Below, piece after piece: positions 1-9,500 of a stretch of 64,000 nt of DNA. The number at the start of each line of letters is the position of its first letter. Within the stretch, counting starts at the first letter, position 1. The notes under the pieces were generated by a model. It did not search any database. It saw only the letters and a program-made list of their open reading frames with translations, and had not been told where the DNA came from. The position numbers were made by a program, and so were the translations under genes. This stretch comes from Roseibacillus sp. (lineage in GTDB: Bacteria > Verrucomicrobiota > Verrucomicrobiia > Verrucomicrobiales > Akkermansiaceae), in assembly GCA_051251855.1 (NCBI GenBank), contig JBPOGI010000003.1, forward strand, positions 224,001-288,000. Reading direction: 5' to 3'.

Positions 1-75
1 AAGTCGGTCCGGTGTGATTTTCTGGGATGAGATCCTGTTGAGTAGGAAATCTTTGTGCGCTTCGAGGTGAGTTCT

Positions 76-309
76 TTAGGAACTCGGCTCTGCTTCTTTG
101 AGCACTGCTACAACGCGGGCTTTTTCGAAATCGAAGGAGGTCATTTCAACTTGGACTTCAGCGCCCGGCTTGAGCTGCGGGCGGAGGGGGAGTCCTGCTT
201 TGGCGAGATGCCCGAGGGTAATTTTTCCATTGCGGAGTGCGAGATAGACGGTGCGTTCGTCACGTTCTTCGGTGACGGTGGCAGTGGTGACAATGGGTTC
301 GGTCGGCAT
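76..309 (-). CDS. Divergent translation initiation factor IF-1-like (S1/OB fold) protein
   Basis: 77 aa from ATG at 309; the pattern 'ATVTE...LALRNGKITLGHLA...LKPGAEVQVEMTSFDFEKARVV' parallels IF-1 (V.L.NG..ILAH...I.PGD.V.VEMSPYDLTKGRI) with several substitutions. Confidence 0.65.
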   Translation of the reverse strand: MPTEPIVTTATVTEERDERTVYLALRNGKITLGHLAKAGLPLRPQLKPGAEVQVEMTSFDFEKARVVAVLKEAEPSS

Positions 310-432
310 GACTGGGGATTTATTGCCGCAAGAGTGCGGGTAAGGCAATCTCCTCTTTCTCCTTGTCACCTCAATATGAGTGCTCTAAGCATTTCCTATC
401 CCACAACTGCTATGAATCACCGCCGATCCAAT

Positions 433-474
433 ATGTTCCTAATTTTCTGGTATCCAGAAAATGGCGCTCGGTAG
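433..474 (+). CDS. Putative attenuator leader peptide MFLIFWYPENGAR
   Basis: 13-codon ORF read directly from the sequence, upstream of an antiterminator/terminator pair and the ABC exporter. Confidence 0.4.
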   Translation: MFLIFWYPENGAR

Positions 475-544
475 TGATTCTCAAACTTTCCTCCAGCGCT
501 CCAACACTTACTGCGGGCTGCTGATTGACGAAACTGAATTTCTC

Positions 545-575
545 GGCCCGCTTTTACCAGCGGGCCTTTTTTATT
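545..575 (+). terminator. Intrinsic terminator in the 5' leader of the ABC exporter (attenuator)
   Basis: GGCCCGCT-TTTACC-AGCGGGCC perfect 8-bp stem followed by TTTTTTATT, ending about 22 nt before the ATG at 598. Confidence 0.75.
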
Positions 576-597
576 CTTTCTTACTCAATTCAGCACC

Positions 598-2445
598 ATG
601 TCAGCCAAGCCGATATCTTCGGAATCACCTTCTCAACAAGCACCACATGCCTTGCTCTGGGAACTCATGCGCGGGTTTCGCGCCAAATATGTGTGGGCCA
701 TTGCGGCGCTCTTTGTCTTCACTGCGATCAATTATCTCCCGCCTCTCTTGGCAAGTGCGACTATTGACTACGCTCTCTCTTCGGAACCGAAGGACAGCAT
801 CTTGACCCGGGGGCTCATCGAAATGATGGGCGGATCGGAGTATGTGCGTTCTCATTTGTGGTTGCCCGCGCTGCTGATGGTTTTGCTCACCATTTTGGCG
901 GGAGGGTTTAGCTACCTGAAGGGACGGCTTGCGGCGCAGGCTTCCGACGGTTTGGCGCGGAGCTTGAAGGACCGACTCTACGACCACATGCAGCGGCTTC
1001 CTCTGCGCTATCATGACCGTGCGGAGACGGGGGATCTCATTCAGCGTTGCACTTCGGATGTGGAAACTTTGCGCTTGGCTCTTTCCTCCCAGGTGGTGGA
1101 GGTGAGCAATGCGGTGCTGCTGCTGTTCACTGCGCTGCCGATCATGATTCTCTTGGATGGTCGCATGACTTTGGTGTCCTTCGTGCTCGTATTGCCTCTC
1201 ATCTTTTTTGGATACTTCTACGTCGGGAGGGTGAAGCATCTCTTTCAGGAGGTTGCGGAAGCGGAGGGAGAAGTGACGCGCGTGGTGCAGGAAAATTTGA
1301 CCGGCCTGCGAGTGGTGCGGGCTTTTTCGCGGGCTCAATTTGAGAACGAGAAGTTCGCCGTGCCCAATGAGGCGTATCGTGACAAGAGCTTGCGCTTGCT
1401 GCGTTTGATGGCGTTTTACTGGTCGACTTCCGACCTTGTCGTTCTCTTTCAGCAGGGGATTACTCTCTTTACGGGCATCTATTTCATTTCTCAGGGTTCG
1501 CTGACGGTGGGGACTCTCTTTGCCTTCATCATGTTTCTGAATATGCTGCTTTGGCCGGTGAGGCAGATGGGGCGGACTTTGACCGAGTTGGGTAAGTCCT
1601 CAGTCGCGCTCACTCGGATTGGGGAAATCCTTTCGGAGGAAGAAGAGAGCGTGCCTGCGAATCCCGCCACTCCAGATGGAGCGGCTCAGGGGAAAATCGA
1701 GGTCAGCAACTTAACCTTCGCTCATGGAACGGATGAGGCGGCGCTGAAGGATCTGACCTTTACCATCGAAGCCGGTGAGACGCTTGCGATTGTGGGGCCA
1801 TCGGGGTCGGGAAAAACGACTCTCATGAACCTTCTCCTTCGGCTCTATGATTATGAACAGGGCAGCATTCGTCTTGATGGGAAAGAGCTCTCCGATCTCG
1901 ACCGTCAGTGGGTGCGGTCTCAGTTCAGCATCGTGATGCAAGAGCCGTTTTTGTATTCGAAGTCGGTGTCGGAGAATATTCGTCTCGCTCGTCCGAGCGC
2001 TCTCGATGAGGACATTCATGATGCGGCGCGCTTGGCCGATATTCACGATACCATTTTAGATTTTACGGATGGTTATGAGACTCTGGTGGGTGAGCGTGGG
2101 GTCACTCTTTCGGGAGGGCAAAGGCAGCGAGGAACTTTGGCACGGGCTATCTTGCAAGATGCTCCGATTCTCCTTCTGGATGATGCTCTCAGCGCCGTCG
2201 ATGCCGAGACCGAGGCCTCCATTCTTACGGCTCTGCGTGAACGTCATGGGACGCGCACCAGTATAGTGATTGCGCATCGTCTCTCGACCTTGGCGCATGC
2301 GGATCATGTGATCGTATTGGAAGAAGGTCGCATTAGCCAACGGGGCACTCATGCCGAACTCATAGCGTCCGAGGGCCTTTATCGTCGTCTCTGGACCATT
2401 CAGAACGCTTCCGAAGACAACCTGTTAGAAGATAAGATTTCATGA
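598..2445 (+). CDS. ABC exporter, fused permease/ATPase subunit 1 (heterodimeric, MdlA/TmrB-like)
   Basis: N-terminal TM domain; Walker A GPSGSGKT, signature LSGGQ, degenerate Walker B LLLDD. Confidence 0.93.
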   Translation: MSAKPISSESPSQQAPHALLWELMRGFRAKYVWAIAALFVFTAINYLPPLLASATIDYALSSEPKDSILTRGLIEMMGGSEYVRSHLWLPALLMVLLTILAGGFSYLKGRLAAQASDGLARSLKDRLYDHMQRLPLRYHDRAETGDLIQRCTSDVETLRLALSSQVVEVSNAVLLLFTALPIMILLDGRMTLVSFVLVLPLIFFGYFYVGRVKHLFQEVAEAEGEVTRVVQENLTGLRVVRAFSRAQFENEKFAVPNEAYRDKSLRLLRLMAFYWSTSDLVVLFQQGITLFTGIYFISQGSLTVGTLFAFIMFLNMLLWPVRQMGRTLTELGKSSVALTRIGEILSEEEESVPANPATPDGAAQGKIEVSNLTFAHGTDEAALKDLTFTIEAGETLAIVGPSGSGKTTLMNLLLRLYDYEQGSIRLDGKELSDLDRQWVRSQFSIVMQEPFLYSKSVSENIRLARPSALDEDIHDAARLADIHDTILDFTDGYETLVGERGVTLSGGQRQRGTLARAILQDAPILLLDDALSAVDAETEASILTALRERHGTRTSIVIAHRLSTLAHADHVIVLEEGRISQRGTHAELIASEGLYRRLWTIQNASEDNLLEDKIS

Positions 2446-4304
2446 AAAACGAACCTGAAGAAGACGTCTTCAGCGAACGGCTGGACCTCAAGCTCTGGAG
2501 TCGCGTCTTTCGACATGCGCTGCCCTATAAGCGGCTTTTGATTCCCTTGACGGCCTCTGCGGTCGGGATTGCGGTGGTGGATGCGAGCTTTGCGCTCGTC
2601 ACTCGTTGGGCGGTGGATGATGTCGTTGCAGCCTCGGGCTCGCTGAGCTTGGGCCCCCAAATTGCGGTCTATACGTTCTTGACCTTGGCCCTCGGGTTGG
2701 GGGTTTGGTTCTTCATTGTTTCCGCGGGGGGGCTGGCCAATCACATGAGTCACGACATTCGCAAAGAGTGTTTTAAGCGCATCCAGGAGCTGGAGTTCGC
2801 TTACTTCGATCACCGTCCGACGGGATGGTTGATTTCGAGGCTGACTTCTGATTGCGATAAACTCTCGCGGATTATTGGGTGGGGGAGTCTTGATTTGGTG
2901 TGGGCCTTTCTGCTGGTTTCGATGATTTCCATCATTCTGTTAGTGTTGAGCCCTGTTTTGGGATTGTTAGTGCTTTCGGTGCTGCCTCCTTTGATTTTTG
3001 TGAGCGCTTATTTTCAAAAGAAGCTGCTCCTGAGTTCGCGGGACACCCGCAAATACAATTCCCTCATCACGGCCTCTTTTGCGGAGGCTTTGCAGGGACT
3101 CAAAACGAGTAAGGCACTTGTGAGAGAAAAGGCGAACTTGGGAGAGTTCGAAGGGTTGTCGAGCCGGATGTATCGGTCTTCGATGCAGAATGCGCTGCAG
3201 TCGGCGATCTATATTCCCATTGTCCTGACGATCGGGAGCGTTGCGGCTGGCATTGCCTTGTGGCGTGGTGGGGTCGGGGTGCAGTCTGACACTTTGTCGC
3301 TGGGAACTTTGGTGGCGTTCATTTTTTACGCGGGTCAGTTTTTCAATCCCATCAATCAGATCGCGCAAGTTCTGGTCCAGATGCAGGGAGCTCAGGCGGC
3401 TGGGGAACGTGTGTTGAGTCTGCTCGATACGGTGCCGGAAATCGCCGATAGCGAGGCGGTGAAGGAGCGGATTGCGCGCCATCAAGAGAAGGGCGAAAGC
3501 TCTCTCGAACTGGCACCGGATGGTGGGCGGCAGGACTTCGAGACTCTCGAATTTCGGGAGGTGGGATTTTCGTATACTGACGGCGAGACCGTGCTCGAGG
3601 ATTTCAATCTGAGCGTTCGTTGGGGGGAGACCATTGCTTTGGTCGGAGCCAGCGGGGGAGGGAAGAGCACGATCGTGAACTTGGCTGCGCGCTTCTATGA
3701 ACCGACTAAGGGTGGGATTTTTCTCAACGGGGAAGACCTGCGCGATCGGAGTTTGGATTGGTATCAATCGAACTTAGGGGTGGTCTTGCAGGGGCCTCAT
3801 CTCTTTAGCGGATCGGTGCGGGAGAATATTCGTTATGGAAGATTGAATGCGACCGATGAGGAGGTGGAGGCGGCTGCGCAGAGTGTGAATGCCCATCAGT
3901 TTATCTGCGCGTTGGAGGAAGGCTATGAGACCAATGTGGGCGAGGGCGGGAGTCGTCTTTCCACGGGGCAAAAGCAGTTGGTTTCTTTTGCGCGAGCGCT
4001 TTTGGCGAATCCGAGACTCTTCATTATGGATGAGGCGACTTCCTCGATTGATACCGAGACTGAGAAACTGATTCAGGATGGGCTCCAAGCGATTTTCCAA
4101 GGGCGGATTAGCTTTGTGATTGCGCATCGTCTTTCAACGATTCGGACGGCGGACCGGATTTTGGTGATTGAGAAAGGAAAGATTATCGAAAGCGGAACGC
4201 ACTCCGAGCTCATCGCTCAGAAGGAGCATTACCATGCGTTGTATACTCAACAGTTCAGTCAGCAGCAGGGGGTGGTTCTGGAGACGACGGGGAAGGAGGA
4301 GTGA
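2442..4304 (+). CDS. ABC exporter, fused permease/ATPase subunit 2 (MdlB/TmrA-like)
   Basis: ATGA overlap with previous gene; Walker A GASGGGKS, signature LSTGQ, Walker B IMDEATS. Confidence 0.93.
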   Translation: MKNEPEEDVFSERLDLKLWSRVFRHALPYKRLLIPLTASAVGIAVVDASFALVTRWAVDDVVAASGSLSLGPQIAVYTFLTLALGLGVWFFIVSAGGLANHMSHDIRKECFKRIQELEFAYFDHRPTGWLISRLTSDCDKLSRIIGWGSLDLVWAFLLVSMISIILLVLSPVLGLLVLSVLPPLIFVSAYFQKKLLLSSRDTRKYNSLITASFAEALQGLKTSKALVREKANLGEFEGLSSRMYRSSMQNALQSAIYIPIVLTIGSVAAGIALWRGGVGVQSDTLSLGTLVAFIFYAGQFFNPINQIAQVLVQMQGAQAAGERVLSLLDTVPEIADSEAVKERIARHQEKGESSLELAPDGGRQDFETLEFREVGFSYTDGETVLEDFNLSVRWGETIALVGASGGGKSTIVNLAARFYEPTKGGIFLNGEDLRDRSLDWYQSNLGVVLQGPHLFSGSVRENIRYGRLNATDEEVEAAAQSVNAHQFICALEEGYETNVGEGGSRLSTGQKQLVSFARALLANPRLFIMDEATSSIDTETEKLIQDGLQAIFQGRISFVIAHRLSTIRTADRILVIEKGKIIESGTHSELIAQKEHYHALYTQQFSQQQGVVLETTGKEE

Positions 4305-4343
4305 ACTCTTCTCTTTTAAGGGGGAGTTGTTAGCCTCCGCTTC

Positions 4344-5015
4344 ATGAGCGAGACGGATTTGCCAAAGTTACGCATTCTCGAAATCGGCGCAGGTCGAGAG
4401 GAGGCGGAGCTGTTGATTATTTTGATGCATGGGTTGGGAGCTACCGGGGAGGATTTTGCTGATGTGGCTCATGTCCTTTCACGGAGCGCGCTTCCGCAAA
4501 AGTGGCGCTTTGTTCTTCCTCATGCGGAAGAGATTCCGGTAACCATTAATGGCGGAATGACGATGCCTGCTTGGTACGACATCATTAGCCTGACTCATCC
4601 TCGGGAAGTGGACTGGAGCACGGTGGAACGTTGTCAGCTGCAGATTGAGGAACTGATGAAGACGGAGAAAGCACCGCGAGTGATCTTGGCGGGATTTTCG
4701 CAGGGGGCGGCGATGGCTCTTCATGTTGGGTTGAGAAATCAGTCGAAGGTGGACGGTGTTCTCATGATGTCTGGGTATTTGGTGGAGTCAGAAGATCGTC
4801 CTGCACCTGCGCCTGAGGGTGAATTGCCGATTACAATTTTCCATGGTCAAGATGATGAGGTGGTACCGTTAGAAGCGGCAGAGACGACTTTGGCTTCCTT
4901 GAGAGGGGTAGGTTATGAGCCTTCTTTTCAGAGTTATGTTGGATTGCCTCATTCGGTGAGCCAGGAAGAGGTGGAGGATGTCTTTGGTTGGTTGATGGAG
5001 CAGGCGCTTGCTTAG
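4344..5015 (+). CDS. Carboxylesterase/phospholipase (alpha/beta hydrolase 2)
   Basis: MHGLG, PVTINGGMTMPAWYDI, nucleophile GFSQG, HGQDDEVV, catalytic H in PHSV. Confidence 0.9.
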   Translation: MSETDLPKLRILEIGAGREEAELLIILMHGLGATGEDFADVAHVLSRSALPQKWRFVLPHAEEIPVTINGGMTMPAWYDIISLTHPREVDWSTVERCQLQIEELMKTEKAPRVILAGFSQGAAMALHVGLRNQSKVDGVLMMSGYLVESEDRPAPAPEGELPITIFHGQDDEVVPLEAAETTLASLRGVGYEPSFQSYVGLPHSVSQEEVEDVFGWLMEQALA

Positions 5016-5659
5016 GCGGCCTTCTTGAGTTGGCAGAGGGTGCAGTCGGCGCAGTTTCCGCAGCAGGGCTTCTTTTTCTTTTTGGGAGGGCGGACGGATT
5101 CGTCGACGCGGCGTTTGACTCCAGTAGTCTTGAGGACGAAGCGTTCGATGCGGGCGAAGAAGTCGAAACGATCAAGGATGGGGTTGAGCCAGTCGGTGAT
5201 GGTGCAGTAGCTGCGGTCCTTGGGGTCGGTGTGGTGGGTGGCGTGGCCGCGAGGGCTTTGAATGACTTTGGCTTTTTGAAGGAAGGTAATCACTTTACCG
5301 TTTTCGCGCGGAGATCGGTGGGCCCAGCAGTGGATTTCATTGGCGATGGCGCCTAGGGCAGAGGCGAGAACCCAGGTCCAGTGGAACCATCCGAGCAGGG
5401 TGATGACGGCGAGAAGGGTTCCGGAGATGGCGATGGTGGCGAGGTTGCGTTTCCAGAAATTGGACTTGGTAAAGTAGCGGGGCTCGAAGTGGTGACGAAT
5501 GTTGGGTTCGATGACCCATTTGCCGAGAATGGGCCATTTTCTATCGCCGTAGGAGTCTTCCAGCCAATGGAGAATGCCCGAGGCAAAATCGACGGCGAGG
5601 ATGACGCCGATGGTTTGCATAACAACGAGCCCGACTTCGAGTAGGAGGTTTGTGTTCAT
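5012..5659 (-). CDS. CarF/TMEM189-family lipid desaturase
   Basis: DFASGILHWLEDSYG, RHH, EIHCWAH, HATHH, YCTITDWLNPILD histidine motifs typical of CarF/Kua/FAD4 proteins. Confidence 0.85.
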   Translation of the reverse strand: MNTNLLLEVGLVVMQTIGVILAVDFASGILHWLEDSYGDRKWPILGKWVIEPNIRHHFEPRYFTKSNFWKRNLATIAISGTLLAVITLLGWFHWTWVLASALGAIANEIHCWAHRSPRENGKVITFLQKAKVIQSPRGHATHHTDPKDRSYCTITDWLNPILDRFDFFARIERFVLKTTGVKRRVDESVRPPKKKKKPCCGNCADCTLCQLKKAA

Positions 5660-5789
5660 CGAGTCCAAGGTGCCTGAAAAATGAAAATTCAGGAAATCGA
5701 CTATCTTTTCATGTTCATCGATTGAATCAATGAACCAGATGACCCTTGCGAGGTTTGTTTTCGAAGGGAGATTCCGCTACATCTTGGAG

Positions 5790-6365
5790 ATGAAACGTCA
5801 TTGGTCCCTCTTTCTTCCTCTCACTGTTGGCTTACTTGTTGCCGTGGTGGTGGGCTGTTCATCTGGTGGTAAGAAGGATGAGAGAACTTCAATCTTCAAG
5901 AGTTCTCGTCAGAATTATGCGGTTGCTTTGCTGGCAAATCCGAATGTTGAGTTTGCGAATTATCATGTTTCCGGAAAGCGTGATAATGCGACGGCGCTCG
6001 ATAATTTGAAGCAGACTGCGGCGGGGGTCGCTGCTGCACGAAGTTCCTATGGTCGGGCTCCTGGTGGTTACACGCAATTGAGCCCCGATATGTTACGCGC
6101 GATGAAGGTGCTTGCGGATCAAGGGTATCGTTTTCATATCACCTCGATTGCAGGGAGTTCTCATAGCTCGCGTTCGCGGCACTACTTGGGAGTGGCCTTT
6201 GATGTGAACAAGATCAATGGCGTGCCTATTCGCCGTGGTTCGCCCTACTGGAGAGATTTCATCCGCAAGTGTGAGGCGATGGGAGCGACGGAGACTTTGG
6301 GACCTGGGGATCCAGCTCATAGTACGCATATTCACTTGGCATGGCCAAGACCTCCTGGGCAGTAG
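5790..6365 (+). CDS. Lipoprotein with M15/LAS-type zinc peptidase motifs
   Basis: Lipobox VVGC; H-x6-D (HYLGVAFD) and HxH (HIH) motifs. Confidence 0.6.
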   Translation: MKRHWSLFLPLTVGLLVAVVVGCSSGGKKDERTSIFKSSRQNYAVALLANPNVEFANYHVSGKRDNATALDNLKQTAAGVAAARSSYGRAPGGYTQLSPDMLRAMKVLADQGYRFHITSIAGSSHSSRSRHYLGVAFDVNKINGVPIRRGSPYWRDFIRKCEAMGATETLGPGDPAHSTHIHLAWPRPPGQ

Positions 6366-6562
6366 TGTTATTTTAACAAAGCTTCATCGTATTAAGGTAA
6401 CCTAGTTGTTACCGATGAGTTCGTCTTTTCTTGATGAAGATGTTCTTGGTGTTCTAGTCATCCGACTAGGCCTGAACTCACGGGATTAAGCTGCAAGACA
6501 GCTGGTTGCGGAGACATTACCGTTTAGCCTCAGGTCAGCGTCCGAAGCAGGTAGACGAACTT

Positions 6563-9500
6563 ATGAGAACATTTTTACGAGTCTTTACCTTGGCGGTATT
6601 GATGGGGACTTTTGGGCAGGGCGAAGAACAACCCAATATCCTTTGGATTGTGACCGACGACCATCGCGCGGATTCCATTCGAGCTTTTAACAAGGCAGAG
6701 CGGGGAAAGGGTTGGAGTGAGCTGGGCTATGTTTCGTCGCCGGTTGCGGATCAGTTGGCGAAGGAAGGGGTGCTTTTTACGCGGGCGTATTGCAATTCAC
6801 CGGGCTGCGCGCCTAGCCGGACCTCGATGATGTATGGGCAGTATCCCCATCGATCGGGTCAATATGGTTTCGAGCAATCGCATCGCTCGTTAGACATCTC
6901 GAAAAAGACGACATCCGAGTTGATGCAAGAGCTGGGTTATCGAACTGCTCAGTTTGGTAAGAACGGGATTGCGATCTTTGAACGGACGGAGTTGCCGTCG
7001 GGGAAGATTCGCATGGTGAAGAACAAGCTCTTCGAAACCGAGGTGGGGCAGAAGGAGCTCTACGCCAATGATCGCACGGATTGGTATAAGCAGCAGAAGT
7101 GGGGTGGTGGGAAAATGATGGGAACCGAGTTTTTCTGGAATATGCCTGAGGAGCCTGTTCGTCTTCTTTTCCCCCCTGAAGGTAAGTCGCCAGCTGAGTT
7201 GGTGGCCAAGCAGACCGAGGTCGATGAGAAGCTGGACCTGCTCTATTCCTATACGCGTGAGAATCCTTCGCTGGTGATTGGTGGAGTGAGTCCTCAACCT
7301 ACGTCGGGAACTCAAGACGGTCAGATCACGGCGGCGTTTCGACAGTTTCTTCAGAATCCTGGGAAGGAATACGAGACGCCGTGGAAGCGCAAGGTGCAAG
7401 GCCCGGCTACCGACCAGCCGCTCTTTGTGAACTTATCCTATCACTTTCCGCACACGCCGGTTCTGCCTTCGCGGGAGTTTCGGGAGAAGTTTGCTGATAA
7501 GGAGTATCGGGTGCCCGACTTCAGTAAAGAGGAGTTGAAGCGTCTTCCTCCCCAGCTTCAGACATGGTTTACGAAAACCAACTTTGCGGACATGAAGGCG
7601 GAGGATAAGCAGCAGGCCATTCGCGATTACTTCGCTTTTTGCGCGATGGGGGATTCTCTGATTGGGGAAGCGGTTGAGGAGTTTAAGAAGTTTAGTAAGA
7701 AGTCGGGGCGGGAGTACCTGATCCTCTATGTTGTGGGGGACCATGGCTGGCACTTGGGTGAACAAGGGGGAGAATCTAAATTTGGCCCCTATGATACTTC
7801 CAATCATTGTGCTGTGATTGCGGTGTCTTCGGATAAGGGAAAATGGCCTGCGGGGAAAGTGGCTCGTGACTGGGTGGAGTTTGTGGACTTTGCTCCTACC
7901 TTTCTAAAGACAGGGGGAGCGACCTTGTCCGATGACTCCTATCAGCATCTTGATGGGCTTCCACTCGACGGGGTTCTCAGCGGCGAGCATAAGAGGGACT
8001 ATGTGATTGGTGAGATGGTCCATGTCATTGGGCCACGCTGCTACCTGCGTTGTGATGACTTTGCCTTCTCGATGAGACATCGTGAGAAGAATGGAAAGCC
8101 GGGCGAAAAGTGGGGTCACCCTCCCGGGGAAGGGGTTGAGTGGGCTTTGGAGGCTCCCGTCGAAGCTGTCGAGTTAGCGCTTTTTGATTTACGTGTCGAC
8201 GTCAAGGAGCAACACAACCTGGCGAGTGAGCCCGAATATCAAAAGTTGGCTGAGTGGTTTCGTCAAAAGCTCGGACGTATAATTCTTGGTGACGGTCGCT
8301 TGGAGGCAGATTGGAGCCAAGAGAGCAGCTACCATGTCTCCAATTTTGCGAAGGGCGCGCATGATCGAAAGCTGGAGGTGCCTGCTGAGATAATTCCTGC
8401 TATTACGGAAGAGAAGGTCGCTCCCGTAGAAACGCCTGTGCCCTCTAAGAAGTCGACAAGTCGCTCTCTGGAACGACCTAACATCGTGCTCCTTTTTACA
8501 GATGATATCAGCGCGCGAGAGTTACCACTCTATGGTTCTTCGGTTTGGTCTTCGCCGCTAGGAAAGAATTCTAAGGACCCAGTTTTCCGAGCTCAGACTC
8601 CGGTCTTGGATCGTCTTGCCGAGGAAGGGTGTTGGGTAAAGACCGCTTGGGCGGCAACGGTTTGTTCGCCGAGTCGAGCGATGATGATGGCGGGGCGTTA
8701 CGCGCATTTGCACAAGTGGTGGCAGAATAAGGATATTGGCACTTGGACGGACGAAAAGGGAAAGACGGGCAAATGGCCGCTTTACGAAAGTTGCCCTCTT
8801 CAACTCGGTCATGTGGCCCAGCAGGCAGGCTATGGAACGTATTGGTCGGGCAAGACTCAGATGGTGGGTGATTTGCGGCGCTTTGGCTTCGATGAGGGGT
8901 GTTTCACGCCTGGGACGCTCATGGATCGGGACAACCCTTACACAGATTTTAAACATACTCAAAAGAAGGGGCCCGATGGACCAGTGGTCTATAATGTGGA
9001 TACGGGCGAAGTCGCTGACACCTATTGGCAGCATGGCTGGTATTTCTATCCCCACGTGCGTCTCATGCATCCCAAGGGGAGCAAGAAGGACTTAGAGTGG
9101 TGGCCGAATACGGATGAGAGTCGCAAGAATTTTGGTCTTCATACCTACGGTCCTGACGTCGAGCTTGACCATATTTTTGACTACATGGAACGACAGGCTG
9201 CGGAGGAAAAACCCTTCTTCGTCTACCACACTTCCCACTTGGGGCACGATGCCTTTGATTGGTTAAATCCTGAGTCGCTTTCCAAGTGGCCGGGGACTCC
9301 TGTCGTGAAGTGGACGGGTGAGGGTTACGAGCGCACGGAACCAAAAATCACGGGCGACGAGGGTGTTTACGATACCCATGGGACTGTAACCGAGTCGGGA
9401 ATCCATCATCACGTGAACTACCTCGATTACCAAGTATGGCTCTACCTTCAGAAATTTGAGGAACTGGGCATCGCGGATAACACGGTGTTCATCTTTTGCT

